DNA of 64,000 nucleotides, taken from the sequence record OP172789; one strand, written 5' to 3'. The translations under genes were made by a program, and so were the position numbers. The notes beneath the pieces are model-generated. The model had not been told where the DNA came from. It made no database searches and was given only the letters and a program-made list of their open reading frames with translations. Below, piece by piece: positions 17,578 through 26,360 of this stretch. This stretch comes from Escherichia phage ECO71P1. Numbering within the stretch: the first letter of the stretch is position 1; every line of letters starts with the position of its first letter.

Positions 17578-18446
17578 GTTTTAAAAATAACCAAATCTTG
17601 AACGTATTCGACCTTGACGGAACTCTGTTTGATGACCGTTGGCGCTTAGACCGCATCAAGATTGCAGGTCCGTTGTCAGACTATGATGACTATCACAGCG
17701 GTATTGGTTATGATCAGTTCTATCCTCACATTGCAGCAGCAGTAGAGTCAGCATCTCTTCGCGGTGAGGCGGTTGAATATTGGACTGCAAGGCCAGAAAA
17801 ATACAGACAAGTGACTTTTGAACGTCTGGACAATGTTTTTCCTTTTGATGAATTTACAATCAAGATGAGAGACTCTGGCGACAAACGTCCATCAACTATT
17901 ATGAAATCTGAATGGCTATCGCACGCTTTGCGGCACGGCGATTATCGAATCATCAATATATTCGACGACCGACAAGACGTACTCGCGCGGATGCAAGATG
18001 AAGCCTTGTATTATAATTCCGTTGCTCAAAATAAAATCGCTTTTACGTTTAATCTTTGCAAGGCAGGTGAAGTGGTGCAACAATTAGCAATTGATCCAAG
18101 CGCAACGGGGCAAGAAGAGACTAAGGCTGTGGAAATTGAACAATCTCCGGCAACCGCCGCCGATATTCTTGATGCGATGGCAGCAACCTTCCGTGAGCGC
18201 AACGCTGTCTATGGCGATAACGCTGTGATGGTAGGCCAGGTTATGCAGGTGCTTTTCCCTAATGGCGTAACGTTGAAAACGCCGGAAGACTACCACATGT
18301 GGCATCTGTTCGAGCTTAAGATTGTCAAGCTTACACGCTTTGCAATCAGCGGCCTGAAGCACGAAGACTCTATACACGACGATGGTGTTTACAGCGCCAT
18401 GTGTGAACGTCTTGTCAACACCCATAATATTAATTTCAATAAATAG
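17574..18446 (+). CDS. HAD-superfamily phosphatase domain fused to a C-terminal domain of unknown function
   Basis: N-terminal DLDGTL (HAD motif I); ATGA overlap with the ThyX-like gene. Confidence 0.55.
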   Translation: MSFKNNQILNVFDLDGTLFDDRWRLDRIKIAGPLSDYDDYHSGIGYDQFYPHIAAAVESASLRGEAVEYWTARPEKYRQVTFERLDNVFPFDEFTIKMRDSGDKRPSTIMKSEWLSHALRHGDYRIINIFDDRQDVLARMQDEALYYNSVAQNKIAFTFNLCKAGEVVQQLAIDPSATGQEETKAVEIEQSPATAADILDAMAATFRERNAVYGDNAVMVGQVMQVLFPNGVTLKTPEDYHMWHLFELKIVKLTRFAISGLKHEDSIHDDGVYSAMCERLVNTHNINFNK

Positions 18447-18484
18447 TTTACTTGTGCGTTTCGATGAGTTATATTTATCTCATC
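18447..18484 (+). promoter_or_regulatory. promoter (-35 TTTACT, 17 bp, -10 TATATT) with GATGAG/CTCATC dyad bracketing the -10, followed by CATCGAAACGAA leader
   Basis: Read directly; same architecture at 25423-25460. Confidence 0.45.
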
Positions 18485-18511
18485 GAAACGAAGTCCAAAA
18501 AGGATAAATAA

Positions 18512-19195
18512 ATGAAAAAAGTAATTGTTGTAACTGGCTGCAATTCCGGTCTTGGTAAATCCATTTTTGACACCCTTGGCGCTTACGGTCACGAAGTTGT
18601 CGGTATTGATTTGGACAACGGTTATGACATCCGTAACGCGAAACAGATGAAAGAGCTTCTCTCTCAATACGACGTAGAGGGCTTGATCAACTGCGCTGGC
18701 GTCAACTCCAACAACTGGTTTGAAGACGTTAACTACGAAGAGTTTAATCGCGTTATGCACACCAACGCCTTCTCTTTCGTTAACACGACTCAGGCCGCGC
18801 TGAAAAGTCTTATTGACAACAAAGGTTTTGTGATCAACATCGTTTCCAACGCTGCGCATATTCCTATGACGTCCAGCTTGTGTTATAATGCTTCCAAGGC
18901 CGCTGCGCTTATGATTAGCAAGCAGATGGCTCACGAGCTTACGCCTAAATACGGGATCACGGTCTTCTCTATTAGTCCTAACAAGTTGCGTGGCACTGGT
19001 ATGTCTAAACAGATTGAAGATGCTGTTTGCGCGACTCGCGGCTGGACTCCTGAGTATGCTGCTGAATACCAGAAAAAGGCGTTGATGAATGGATTGGAGA
19101 CTGAGCCGCAAGTAATTGCTGACTTCATTCGCCATATCTTAATTACGGGCGCATGGCGCTTTATGTCTGGTACTGATATTCCATTTGGGAAATAA
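18512..19195 (+). CDS. short-chain dehydrogenase/reductase (SDR) family oxidoreductase
   Basis: TGxxxGxG (VTGCNSGLGKS), NCAG, catalytic YNASK motifs. Confidence 0.75.
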   Translation: MKKVIVVTGCNSGLGKSIFDTLGAYGHEVVGIDLDNGYDIRNAKQMKELLSQYDVEGLINCAGVNSNNWFEDVNYEEFNRVMHTNAFSFVNTTQAALKSLIDNKGFVINIVSNAAHIPMTSSLCYNASKAAALMISKQMAHELTPKYGITVFSISPNKLRGTGMSKQIEDAVCATRGWTPEYAAEYQKKALMNGLETEPQVIADFIRHILITGAWRFMSGTDIPFGK

Positions 19196-19198
19196 ATC

Positions 19199-19414
19199 AT
19201 GAACAAAGCCTGGGTAGCGGTAATCGGTTTAGTGCTTCTTGTTGTATTAGGATACACAATCAAATTTGAAGTTCCAAATCCTGTTGAGCCTGACAAAAAG
19301 ATTGTCGTTGAAGTCCCAGGCGCTAAAGGTGAATTACCAAAACCTAAATTTGAAGTTGTCACACCCGCTCCTGAAAAGCAACAGGACGAAGACAACACAG
19401 TAATTAATCAATAA
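19199..19414 (+). CDS. small membrane-anchored protein with Pro/Lys/Glu-rich tail
   Basis: N-terminal hydrophobic helix WVAVIGLVLLVVLGY; 71 aa. Confidence 0.45.
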   Translation: MNKAWVAVIGLVLLVVLGYTIKFEVPNPVEPDKKIVVEVPGAKGELPKPKFEVVTPAPEKQQDEDNTVINQ

Positions 19415-19434
19415 TATTTAATTAAGGAAACAAA

Positions 19435-19986
19435 ATGCCACACTTTAAAATTGAACAAATCGCCCTGTCAATTCCAGATGCTCAGCGTGCACAGGATTTT
19501 CTGGCTAAAATCGGCCTGACAGAATGGTTCCATGATCATGTTGTTGCTACTGGTCGCGTATTTGAAAATGACGAGTTTAAAGGTCGTCGCGACGATTGCA
19601 CCAACGAAGCTGACTTGCGATTCAACTATCAGGCTGGCAACGGCACCGATGGCGGCGCTGGTAAGCCTCTTGAGCTTGAAATCCTTGACTACACAATGGG
19701 TTGCAACTGGATCAACGAAAACATCGACATGCTTGATGCGCACGATAATCAGGTCAGCCATCTTGGCATGCATGTGACTGCCGCTGAACTTGCTGAATGG
19801 CGTAAGTTCTTTAAAGAAGAAGGCATTCAGGTTGCGCAGGAAGTCGTAACTGACTCTCACACCAACCCAAATATTGCTGGTCAGCGTCGTTACAACTATG
19901 TGATCTTTGATACGCGTGAAATCATCGGTGTCGACCTTAAGTTCATTGTGCGGTTGAATCAAGACGGTACTCCGTACACTGCATAA
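19435..19986 (+). CDS. VOC (glyoxalase/bleomycin-resistance/dioxygenase)-like protein, tentative
   Basis: Size and N-terminal pattern reminiscent of VOC fold; weak assignment. Confidence 0.35.
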   Translation: MPHFKIEQIALSIPDAQRAQDFLAKIGLTEWFHDHVVATGRVFENDEFKGRRDDCTNEADLRFNYQAGNGTDGGAGKPLELEILDYTMGCNWINENIDMLDAHDNQVSHLGMHVTAAELAEWRKFFKEEGIQVAQEVVTDSHTNPNIAGQRRYNYVIFDTREIIGVDLKFIVRLNQDGTPYTA

Positions 19987-20002
19987 CGAATCGTGAATCT
20001 GT

Positions 20003-20027
20003 GGCCGTCCTAATGGGCGGCCTTTTT
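20003..20027 (+). terminator. rho-independent terminator (GGCCGTCC ... GGGCGGCC plus TTTTT)
   Basis: GC-rich hairpin followed by T5. Confidence 0.55.
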
Positions 20028-20040
20028 GTAGGAGGCCAAT

Positions 20041-20583
20041 GTGTTATTTCTTCCTTATGACTTCGAAACAACCGGATTAACCGTGCACCCGAAAGCGCCG
20101 CTTGGGATGCAGCCGCGCCCTATTGAATTTGCAGGCCTGTTGACGGACGGCAAAGAGATTCTTGAAACGTTCGAGTTCATAATCAACCCTGAAATCGTGA
20201 TTGAAGAAATCATCACAAAGATTACCGGATTAACAAATGAAGACCTTGAGTGCAATCCGCCATTCATCAATTTTGTTCCGCAGCTAAAAGAAATCTTCAA
20301 GAAGACTGATGCCACTATCGCGCACAACCATGCGTTCGATAAGAACATTCTTGATTATGCACTACAGCGCGAAGGACTTACACTTGATGATGTTAATTTC
20401 CCAGAAATAAACATCTGTACAGTTGAGCAAACCTTGCCTATTTTTGGCCGAAGAGTTAAGCTTCAAGAGCTGTATGAATTATATTTCGGAAAATATGAAC
20501 AGAAGCACCGTGCATTAGACGACGTAATATTACTGCACAAAGTCTGCCAACAAATTGGCGTATATGACATCTGGAGTAAATAA
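20041..20583 (+). CDS. DnaQ-like 3'-5' exonuclease (DEDDh proofreading subunit)
   Basis: Exo I DFETTG, Exo II HNHAFD, Exo III HRALDDV; AGGAGG RBS; GTG start. Confidence 0.8.
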   Translation: MLFLPYDFETTGLTVHPKAPLGMQPRPIEFAGLLTDGKEILETFEFIINPEIVIEEIITKITGLTNEDLECNPPFINFVPQLKEIFKKTDATIAHNHAFDKNILDYALQREGLTLDDVNFPEINICTVEQTLPIFGRRVKLQELYELYFGKYEQKHRALDDVILLHKVCQQIGVYDIWSK

Positions 20584-23480
20584 TGTTTCCACAATTGAGA
20601 GTTCGCAGCGGTTACACGTTCAAAGAAGTATATGGACGGCATCCTGAAATTATAGCACGGCTCAAAGAGTTGGGCTGCGAAGTCGCGGCATTAGTTGATA
20701 ACAATACATGGGGTCACGTTCGCTGGGAAAAGGAATGTCAGAAGAATGATATCAAGCCTATGTTCGGCATGGAAATTCCAATCATCGACCCTGATGCGGA
20801 CCCGAAAAAGGGATTCAAACCGAAGGCTTGGATATTGGCGCTTGACCTGAAATCTTTTTACAACGCTACGACACTTGCAACACAGCGCGGCGGACTGACC
20901 CGTGCAGAGTTCGGGGCGCTGGATGGCGTCGTTAAATTCTGTGGCGGGGCTGTGGAGTTGCTGCGACCAGAGGACTACGATTATATAGACGTCAACCCAT
21001 CATCGTTCCTTTTGGCCAAGCGCCAGGTATTGGCTCACCGCAACAACGGAAGGCCGCTGGTTTTAACCGGATACAACCACATGCCTTCACCTGAGCACGT
21101 TGACTTTGCTTATGCTTGGGAAGTGCGCGACACGGTCAAGCCGCACTGCATCGTTGACGCGGAAGACTTGTGCAAACAGCTTAAAGGAATCCTGACCGAA
21201 GATGAGTTGAATCAAGCAACGGCCAATGCGGTTGATATTGCAAACGGAATCGTTGGGCTTGGCCTGAAGCTGCGCAAGGCACCGATTATCCACCTTGCTG
21301 GTGACATGGTAAAGCTTGCTCGTGAGGGTATGGAGTACCGCCTTAAGGCAGGTCACATCAAAGAATGGACTCAGGAATACGAGGACCGATTCAACGAAGA
21401 GATTCACCAGATTCAGCTGAAAGACTTTGACTCATACTTTCTGGTGGTAGCGGACCTTGTACGATTCGCAAAAACAAAAATGCTTGTCGGACCCGCTCGC
21501 GGCTCATCGGCTGGTTCACTGGTTTGTTATTGCCTCGGCATCACGGAAGTTGACCCAATCCCGTATAAGCTGCTGTTCGCCCGATTCATCGACGTAAGCC
21601 GCGCCGACCTTCCTGATATTGATATTGACTTTGAGGATACCAAACGCTATATGGTGTTTGATTACCTTAAAGAAAAATACGGCGAAATGAACGTTGCAAA
21701 GCTTGGCAACATCAACACTCTTAAGGCCAACTCAGTAATGGCTCAGGTTGGTAAGAAATTCAACATTGGATATCACGAAACGGCCAACATTAAAAACGCA
21801 TTGCTTGAATACTCATCTGGTGACGCCCGTTATGGTCACGGCCTGGAGGATACCTTTGCAACAACTACCACGGGTCAAGAGTTTGTGGCGAAATATCCTG
21901 ACGCCGCGCGTTGCATGGGTGACCTTGAGATTCACCCGTCCCACACAGGTGTTCACGCAGCGGGAATCATCGTGTGTAATGATCCAATCTCTGATTACTG
22001 TACTGTAACGGCGGAAGGGATTGCGCAAATTGATAAGCCTGACAGCGAATACCTTAACCTTTTGAAGCTTGATGCATTGGGTCTTCGCACCCTCGGAATC
22101 ATTTCTGATACTGGCGTGATAGACGCTGAAACGCTGTACGGAATCAAGCTTGATGATCAAAGCGTCCTTGACATCCTTAACGAAAACAAGATGTCAGGAA
22201 TATTCCAGTTTGAAGGCGACGCTGTACGCTCAGTAACCAACTTTGTGCACGTTGATAACTTTAACAAAATCGATAACCTGACAGCACTTGGCAGACCTGG
22301 CCCGTTGTCATCCGGTATGGCCCAGAAATACATCGAACGCGCGGCAGGACGTGCGCCGATTGAGTACGACGTGCCGCAGCTTGAGCCGTACTTAAAAGAG
22401 ACTTACGGCGTGTTTCTTTACCAAGAGCAAATCATGGCCGTGGTTAAAGAGATTGGTTCATTCGACTGGGCGAAAACATCAGCTGTACGTAAGGCAATGT
22501 CAGGTCGTAAGGGTGAAGAATACTTTAACAAGCTTGGCGAAGACTTCGTTGCAGGCGCAATAAATAACGGCGTACCGGAAGCGGATGCAAGAAAGCTTTG
22601 GCAGGCGATGGCGACGTTCGGGTCATGGGGCTTTAACAAGTCACACTCCGTGTCATACGCGGTCGTGACTTACTGGACCTTGTGGCTTAAACGACACTAC
22701 CCGCTGGAATTTGCCGCTGCTTGCTTACGCGCTGCTAAGGACGAAGACCAGACGATTGCGATATTACGTGAACTTGCAAAGGAAGGCGTGGATTATGTGC
22801 CAATCGACCCTGATCACTCTTCAATGAACTGGACCATCGCTAACGGAAAGCTAATCGGCGGCATCATGAACGCTAAAGGGTACGGAATGGTAAAAGCGAT
22901 GAAGTACATCGAAGCACGTGAAGCCGGAACCTTAACGCAAAAACAAAAGGACGCATTGGCCAATGCTGAAGTCAAATACGGCGACCTTACAGAGATGCAC
23001 ACCAAGTTCGGTTGGGCGTATAATGACCCCTATCTGATTGGCGTTACTTCCGGTGCTTCAATACGCCAGATGAAGGAAGTCGGTGATGACGAGCGTGCAA
23101 TAGTGATCGGCAAGCTGACCAAGAAAGTGCTGGCTGACGAGAACGAAGCAACACGCATCCGTAAACGTCTTGAGCGCGGCATTTATACAAAGCACGGCAA
23201 ACTTAAAAAGGGTCTTCAAGCTGATGGTCGCTACGCAGAGTTTGACCAGTATGGAAACAAGCTTGAGACTCAGTTCATTGACCTTATGTGCAAGGACGAT
23301 TCGACCGACTCGCCAATGCGCTTCAGGATTCGCCCAGAGAAGTTCCAGAAATACGGTAAATACATTGCAGAGAACGTCGGGAACGGCGCATTCTTCCTGA
23401 TGAAAGGCCGCAAGCTTGAAGGTATTGACATGTTTATCGTCGACGTGATCAAACAGGTGTATCCAGATGGCAACAAATAA
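20583..23480 (+). CDS. dnaE: DNA polymerase III alpha (DnaE)-like replicative polymerase
   Basis: N-terminal PHP-like LRVRSGYTF and core motif GPARGSSAGSLVCYCLGITEVDPI; 965 aa. Confidence 0.85.
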   Translation: MFPQLRVRSGYTFKEVYGRHPEIIARLKELGCEVAALVDNNTWGHVRWEKECQKNDIKPMFGMEIPIIDPDADPKKGFKPKAWILALDLKSFYNATTLATQRGGLTRAEFGALDGVVKFCGGAVELLRPEDYDYIDVNPSSFLLAKRQVLAHRNNGRPLVLTGYNHMPSPEHVDFAYAWEVRDTVKPHCIVDAEDLCKQLKGILTEDELNQATANAVDIANGIVGLGLKLRKAPIIHLAGDMVKLAREGMEYRLKAGHIKEWTQEYEDRFNEEIHQIQLKDFDSYFLVVADLVRFAKTKMLVGPARGSSAGSLVCYCLGITEVDPIPYKLLFARFIDVSRADLPDIDIDFEDTKRYMVFDYLKEKYGEMNVAKLGNINTLKANSVMAQVGKKFNIGYHETANIKNALLEYSSGDARYGHGLEDTFATTTTGQEFVAKYPDAARCMGDLEIHPSHTGVHAAGIIVCNDPISDYCTVTAEGIAQIDKPDSEYLNLLKLDALGLRTLGIISDTGVIDAETLYGIKLDDQSVLDILNENKMSGIFQFEGDAVRSVTNFVHVDNFNKIDNLTALGRPGPLSSGMAQKYIERAAGRAPIEYDVPQLEPYLKETYGVFLYQEQIMAVVKEIGSFDWAKTSAVRKAMSGRKGEEYFNKLGEDFVAGAINNGVPEADARKLWQAMATFGSWGFNKSHSVSYAVVTYWTLWLKRHYPLEFAAACLRAAKDEDQTIAILRELAKEGVDYVPIDPDHSSMNWTIANGKLIGGIMNAKGYGMVKAMKYIEAREAGTLTQKQKDALANAEVKYGDLTEMHTKFGWAYNDPYLIGVTSGASIRQMKEVGDDERAIVIGKLTKKVLADENEATRIRKRLERGIYTKHGKLKKGLQADGRYAEFDQYGNKLETQFIDLMCKDDSTDSPMRFRIRPEKFQKYGKYIAENVGNGAFFLMKGRKLEGIDMFIVDVIKQVYPDGNK

Positions 23481-23889
23481 CCGTGAACAGAAATACATAT
23501 TCGTGCCTTTGAAGAAGCATTCAGAATCAATATTGAAGCTTCAACGAATCGAATCGATGACTGGTGATGGCGTGCCGGACGTAATCGGCACCAACCGGAA
23601 AGGTCGCGGCTTTTGGCTTGAAATGAAGTTCTTTGAATCGTGGCCTGCAAGGGCCAACACTGCACCTTTCAGAAATGCATTTGAGAAAGGTCAGTGCAGC
23701 TTTCTTTCTTCGTGGAATGATTGGAAATACCCATCATTTGTTTTGCTTAAAGTCGATTCTGAGAAGATGTTTTATTTAGTCCACCCTTCGATTGAATTAA
23801 AGCGTTATAATATTGCAGACGTTCAACGTGAGATAATCGTGAAGGGAACTATTCATCACATCATCAAGTATTTAGAGGAATTGTCATGA
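23467..23889 (+). CDS. VRR-NUC-like nuclease
   Basis: PDVIGT ... LEMK pattern; conserved pairing with the downstream SNF2 helicase. Confidence 0.5.
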   Translation: MATNNREQKYIFVPLKKHSESILKLQRIESMTGDGVPDVIGTNRKGRGFWLEMKFFESWPARANTAPFRNAFEKGQCSFLSSWNDWKYPSFVLLKVDSEKMFYLVHPSIELKRYNIADVQREIIVKGTIHHIIKYLEELS

Positions 23890-25409
23890 AAACACAAGGG
23901 ATGCGCCACCAGCTTCTGGCGCTTGATAAAGCAGGCCGCAGAAAATACTTTGCCTATTTCATGGAACAGGGTCTTGGTAAAACTTGGACCGCTTTGGCAG
24001 AGTTTGAAAAGCACTTCGCCGCTGGCGCGTTCGATGCCATGGTCGTCATCGCTCCAAACGGTGTCCACTCAAACTGGATTCGTCGTGAAGCACCAGAACA
24101 CCTTTCCATCAAGTGGATTGGGCACTACTGGCGCGGCAATGACAAGATGAAGACTAAAAAGGGCAAGGCGCTTTGGGAGAAGATGTTTGCTGATCACTAC
24201 CCTGAAGGCGAAGTGCCTGCGCGCATCTTCTCATTCAACATTGATACCGTCAACACACCAGTCGGTTATCAACACATAGAGTCGGTCTTGAAGAAATACC
24301 GCTGCCTGATGATCATCGACGAATCAACGCGCATCAAGAATAACACAGCCAAACGCTCCATCAAGGTTGTGGAATTGGGACGGCTGGCAAAGGCCCGTCG
24401 AATCCTTTCCGGTACGCCGTTGCCGCGCTCGCCTGCGGATATTTACATGCAATACCACTTCCTTGAAGCAGGATTGCTCGGCACCAAATCATTCCGTGCC
24501 TTTAACTCTGAATTCACGGTGCTACTTGAAGCGCACGACCCAGAGATGCAAGCCATCCTCAAGAAAATCGGCGGCAATGGCTATGGGATTCCGCAAGTGC
24601 CGCGCAAAGACCAGTTTGGCCGACCGATGTACAAGAACCTTGACAAGCTTATCCGGCTGATGGAACCGCACTATTTTCGTGCAACAAAAGCAGAATACTT
24701 GCCTGACCTTCCAGAGAAGGTGTATAAGTTTATCGACTTCGAGTTGTCGCCTAAACAACGCGATGTTTACGATGAACTCAAGAATGAGTACAACTATTTG
24801 ATGGAATACAAGGGCGAAGAAGAAAACGTCAAGTTTGAGATGATCGCATCGCGCACCAAGATGAAGCAGGTTACATCCGGCTTTGTCAAGGTGTATGATG
24901 AGATGGTCTACATGGAAGACAACCCACGCTTCACGGCCTTTAAGGATTATGTGGAAGGGGTGTTGGAAGACGACCCAGAGCGCAAATTCATCGTTTGGGC
25001 CATCTTTAAGGAAGAGATGAACCAGATTAAGGAATGGCTTGAGTCTGAAGGCGTGGTCACTGGTGTATACAACGGTGAAACATCAAAAGAGCAGCGCGAG
25101 TTCTTGATTGATGACTTCCAGAAAAACACAGTCGCGAATGGTGGAACACAGGTATTGGTTTGCCACGCTGCAGCGGCAGGCATCGGCATCACACTTACCG
25201 CCGCTGACTTGGCAATCTATTATTCTTGCAACTATGACAATGAGTTGCGCAAGCAATCCGAAGACCGAAATCACCGCATCGGCACCAAATCAAGCGTGTT
25301 GTATGTTGATTTTATTGGTGTTGATACCATCGACGAAGAAATTCAGCGTTCACTCAGTATGAAGTCAATGCTTGCTGATCACATCCTCGACGGCAAAAAG
25401 ATGAATTAA
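23886..25409 (+). CDS. SNF2-family (SF2) helicase/ATPase
   Basis: Motif I GLGKTWTA, motif II IIDESTRIKN, C-terminal helicase domain. Confidence 0.8.
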   Translation: MKTQGMRHQLLALDKAGRRKYFAYFMEQGLGKTWTALAEFEKHFAAGAFDAMVVIAPNGVHSNWIRREAPEHLSIKWIGHYWRGNDKMKTKKGKALWEKMFADHYPEGEVPARIFSFNIDTVNTPVGYQHIESVLKKYRCLMIIDESTRIKNNTAKRSIKVVELGRLAKARRILSGTPLPRSPADIYMQYHFLEAGLLGTKSFRAFNSEFTVLLEAHDPEMQAILKKIGGNGYGIPQVPRKDQFGRPMYKNLDKLIRLMEPHYFRATKAEYLPDLPEKVYKFIDFELSPKQRDVYDELKNEYNYLMEYKGEEENVKFEMIASRTKMKQVTSGFVKVYDEMVYMEDNPRFTAFKDYVEGVLEDDPERKFIVWAIFKEEMNQIKEWLESEGVVTGVYNGETSKEQREFLIDDFQKNTVANGGTQVLVCHAAAAGIGITLTAADLAIYYSCNYDNELRKQSEDRNHRIGTKSSVLYVDFIGVDTIDEEIQRSLSMKSMLADHILDGKKMN

Positions 25410-25422
25410 TATCAAAAATAAT

Positions 25423-25460
25423 TTGACTTGTCAGGTAAGATGAGTCATAATTATTTCATC
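25423..25460 (+). promoter_or_regulatory. promoter (-35 TTGACT, 17 bp, -10 CATAAT) with GATGAG/TTCATC dyad around the -10 and CATCGAAACGAA leader
   Basis: Read directly. Confidence 0.5.
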
Positions 25461-25483
25461 GAAACGAAACAGAGGAATACAAA

Positions 25484-25747
25484 ATGGTACGCATCCTTGA
25501 ACGTTACAAAAATGAAGCTACTGGCGCAATCGCGTTCAAACGTCTTTTGGTCAAAGAAATTGACGGCATGTTCCGCGTTGTAAAAGAGTTTGATTATGGA
25601 AACGGTGCTGGGGTGAATACCGTCATTATGCCTGGCATCAAGGCATATAAAACTTTGAAAGGCGCTGAGAAGGCTTTGGCGGCTTGGAAACCTGAACGTT
25701 ATCAAATGACCCGTGTTGAAGGGCTAATGCAAGAAGGTAAAATATGA
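25484..25747 (+). CDS. hypothetical protein (87 aa)
   Basis: ORF track; good RBS. Confidence 0.5.
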   Translation: MVRILERYKNEATGAIAFKRLLVKEIDGMFRVVKEFDYGNGAGVNTVIMPGIKAYKTLKGAEKALAAWKPERYQMTRVEGLMQEGKI

Positions 25748-26301
25748 GCAATATTAATTGGGAAGATGATTTGCCGCAGGTCGCTCCTGAGAGCATCCAA
25801 GAGCGCCTTGCGCGCTTAGTATCGGAATTGGCAGAACGCCAAGAAGCTTTGACAGAGCTTGAAGATGAAGCTGATATGCAAAAGCAGCGCATCAGTGAAA
25901 TCAAAACTGTTTTGCTTCCTGGCGTTATGGATGAGCTTGGCGTGTCCGAAATCAAGCTTGAAGACAAGACCAAGATCAAGGTCGAGTCAAAAGTTAATGC
26001 TTCAATTAAGAAAGAAAATGAATTGAAGGTATTCGATTGGCTTGTCAACAACGGTTACGGCGGCTTGATCAAGTCCAGCGTCACGGCTGAGTTCGGTCGC
26101 GAAGAAATCGAACAAGCGCAAGAGATTGTTGCCGCGCTGCGTGAAGACGGTGTTGAAGCCACGTTGAAACAAGGTGTTCATTCTGCTACACTGAAGTCAT
26201 TTGTAAAAGAACAGCTGGAAGCGGGTAATCCAGTTAGTGAAGATATTAGCGTTTTTGAGTATAAAGAAGCTAAAATAACCTTGCCTAAAAGCAAAAAGTA
26301 A
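25744..26301 (+). CDS. hypothetical protein (185 aa, coiled-coil N-terminus)
   Basis: ORF track; overlap coupling. Confidence 0.5.
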   Translation: MSNINWEDDLPQVAPESIQERLARLVSELAERQEALTELEDEADMQKQRISEIKTVLLPGVMDELGVSEIKLEDKTKIKVESKVNASIKKENELKVFDWLVNNGYGGLIKSSVTAEFGREEIEQAQEIVAALREDGVEATLKQGVHSATLKSFVKEQLEAGNPVSEDISVFEYKEAKITLPKSKK

Positions 26302-26360
26302 TTTAACCTTTATCTTGAAATCAGGTTGCCACGAAACTTGATACTATAGGAAAACATCAA

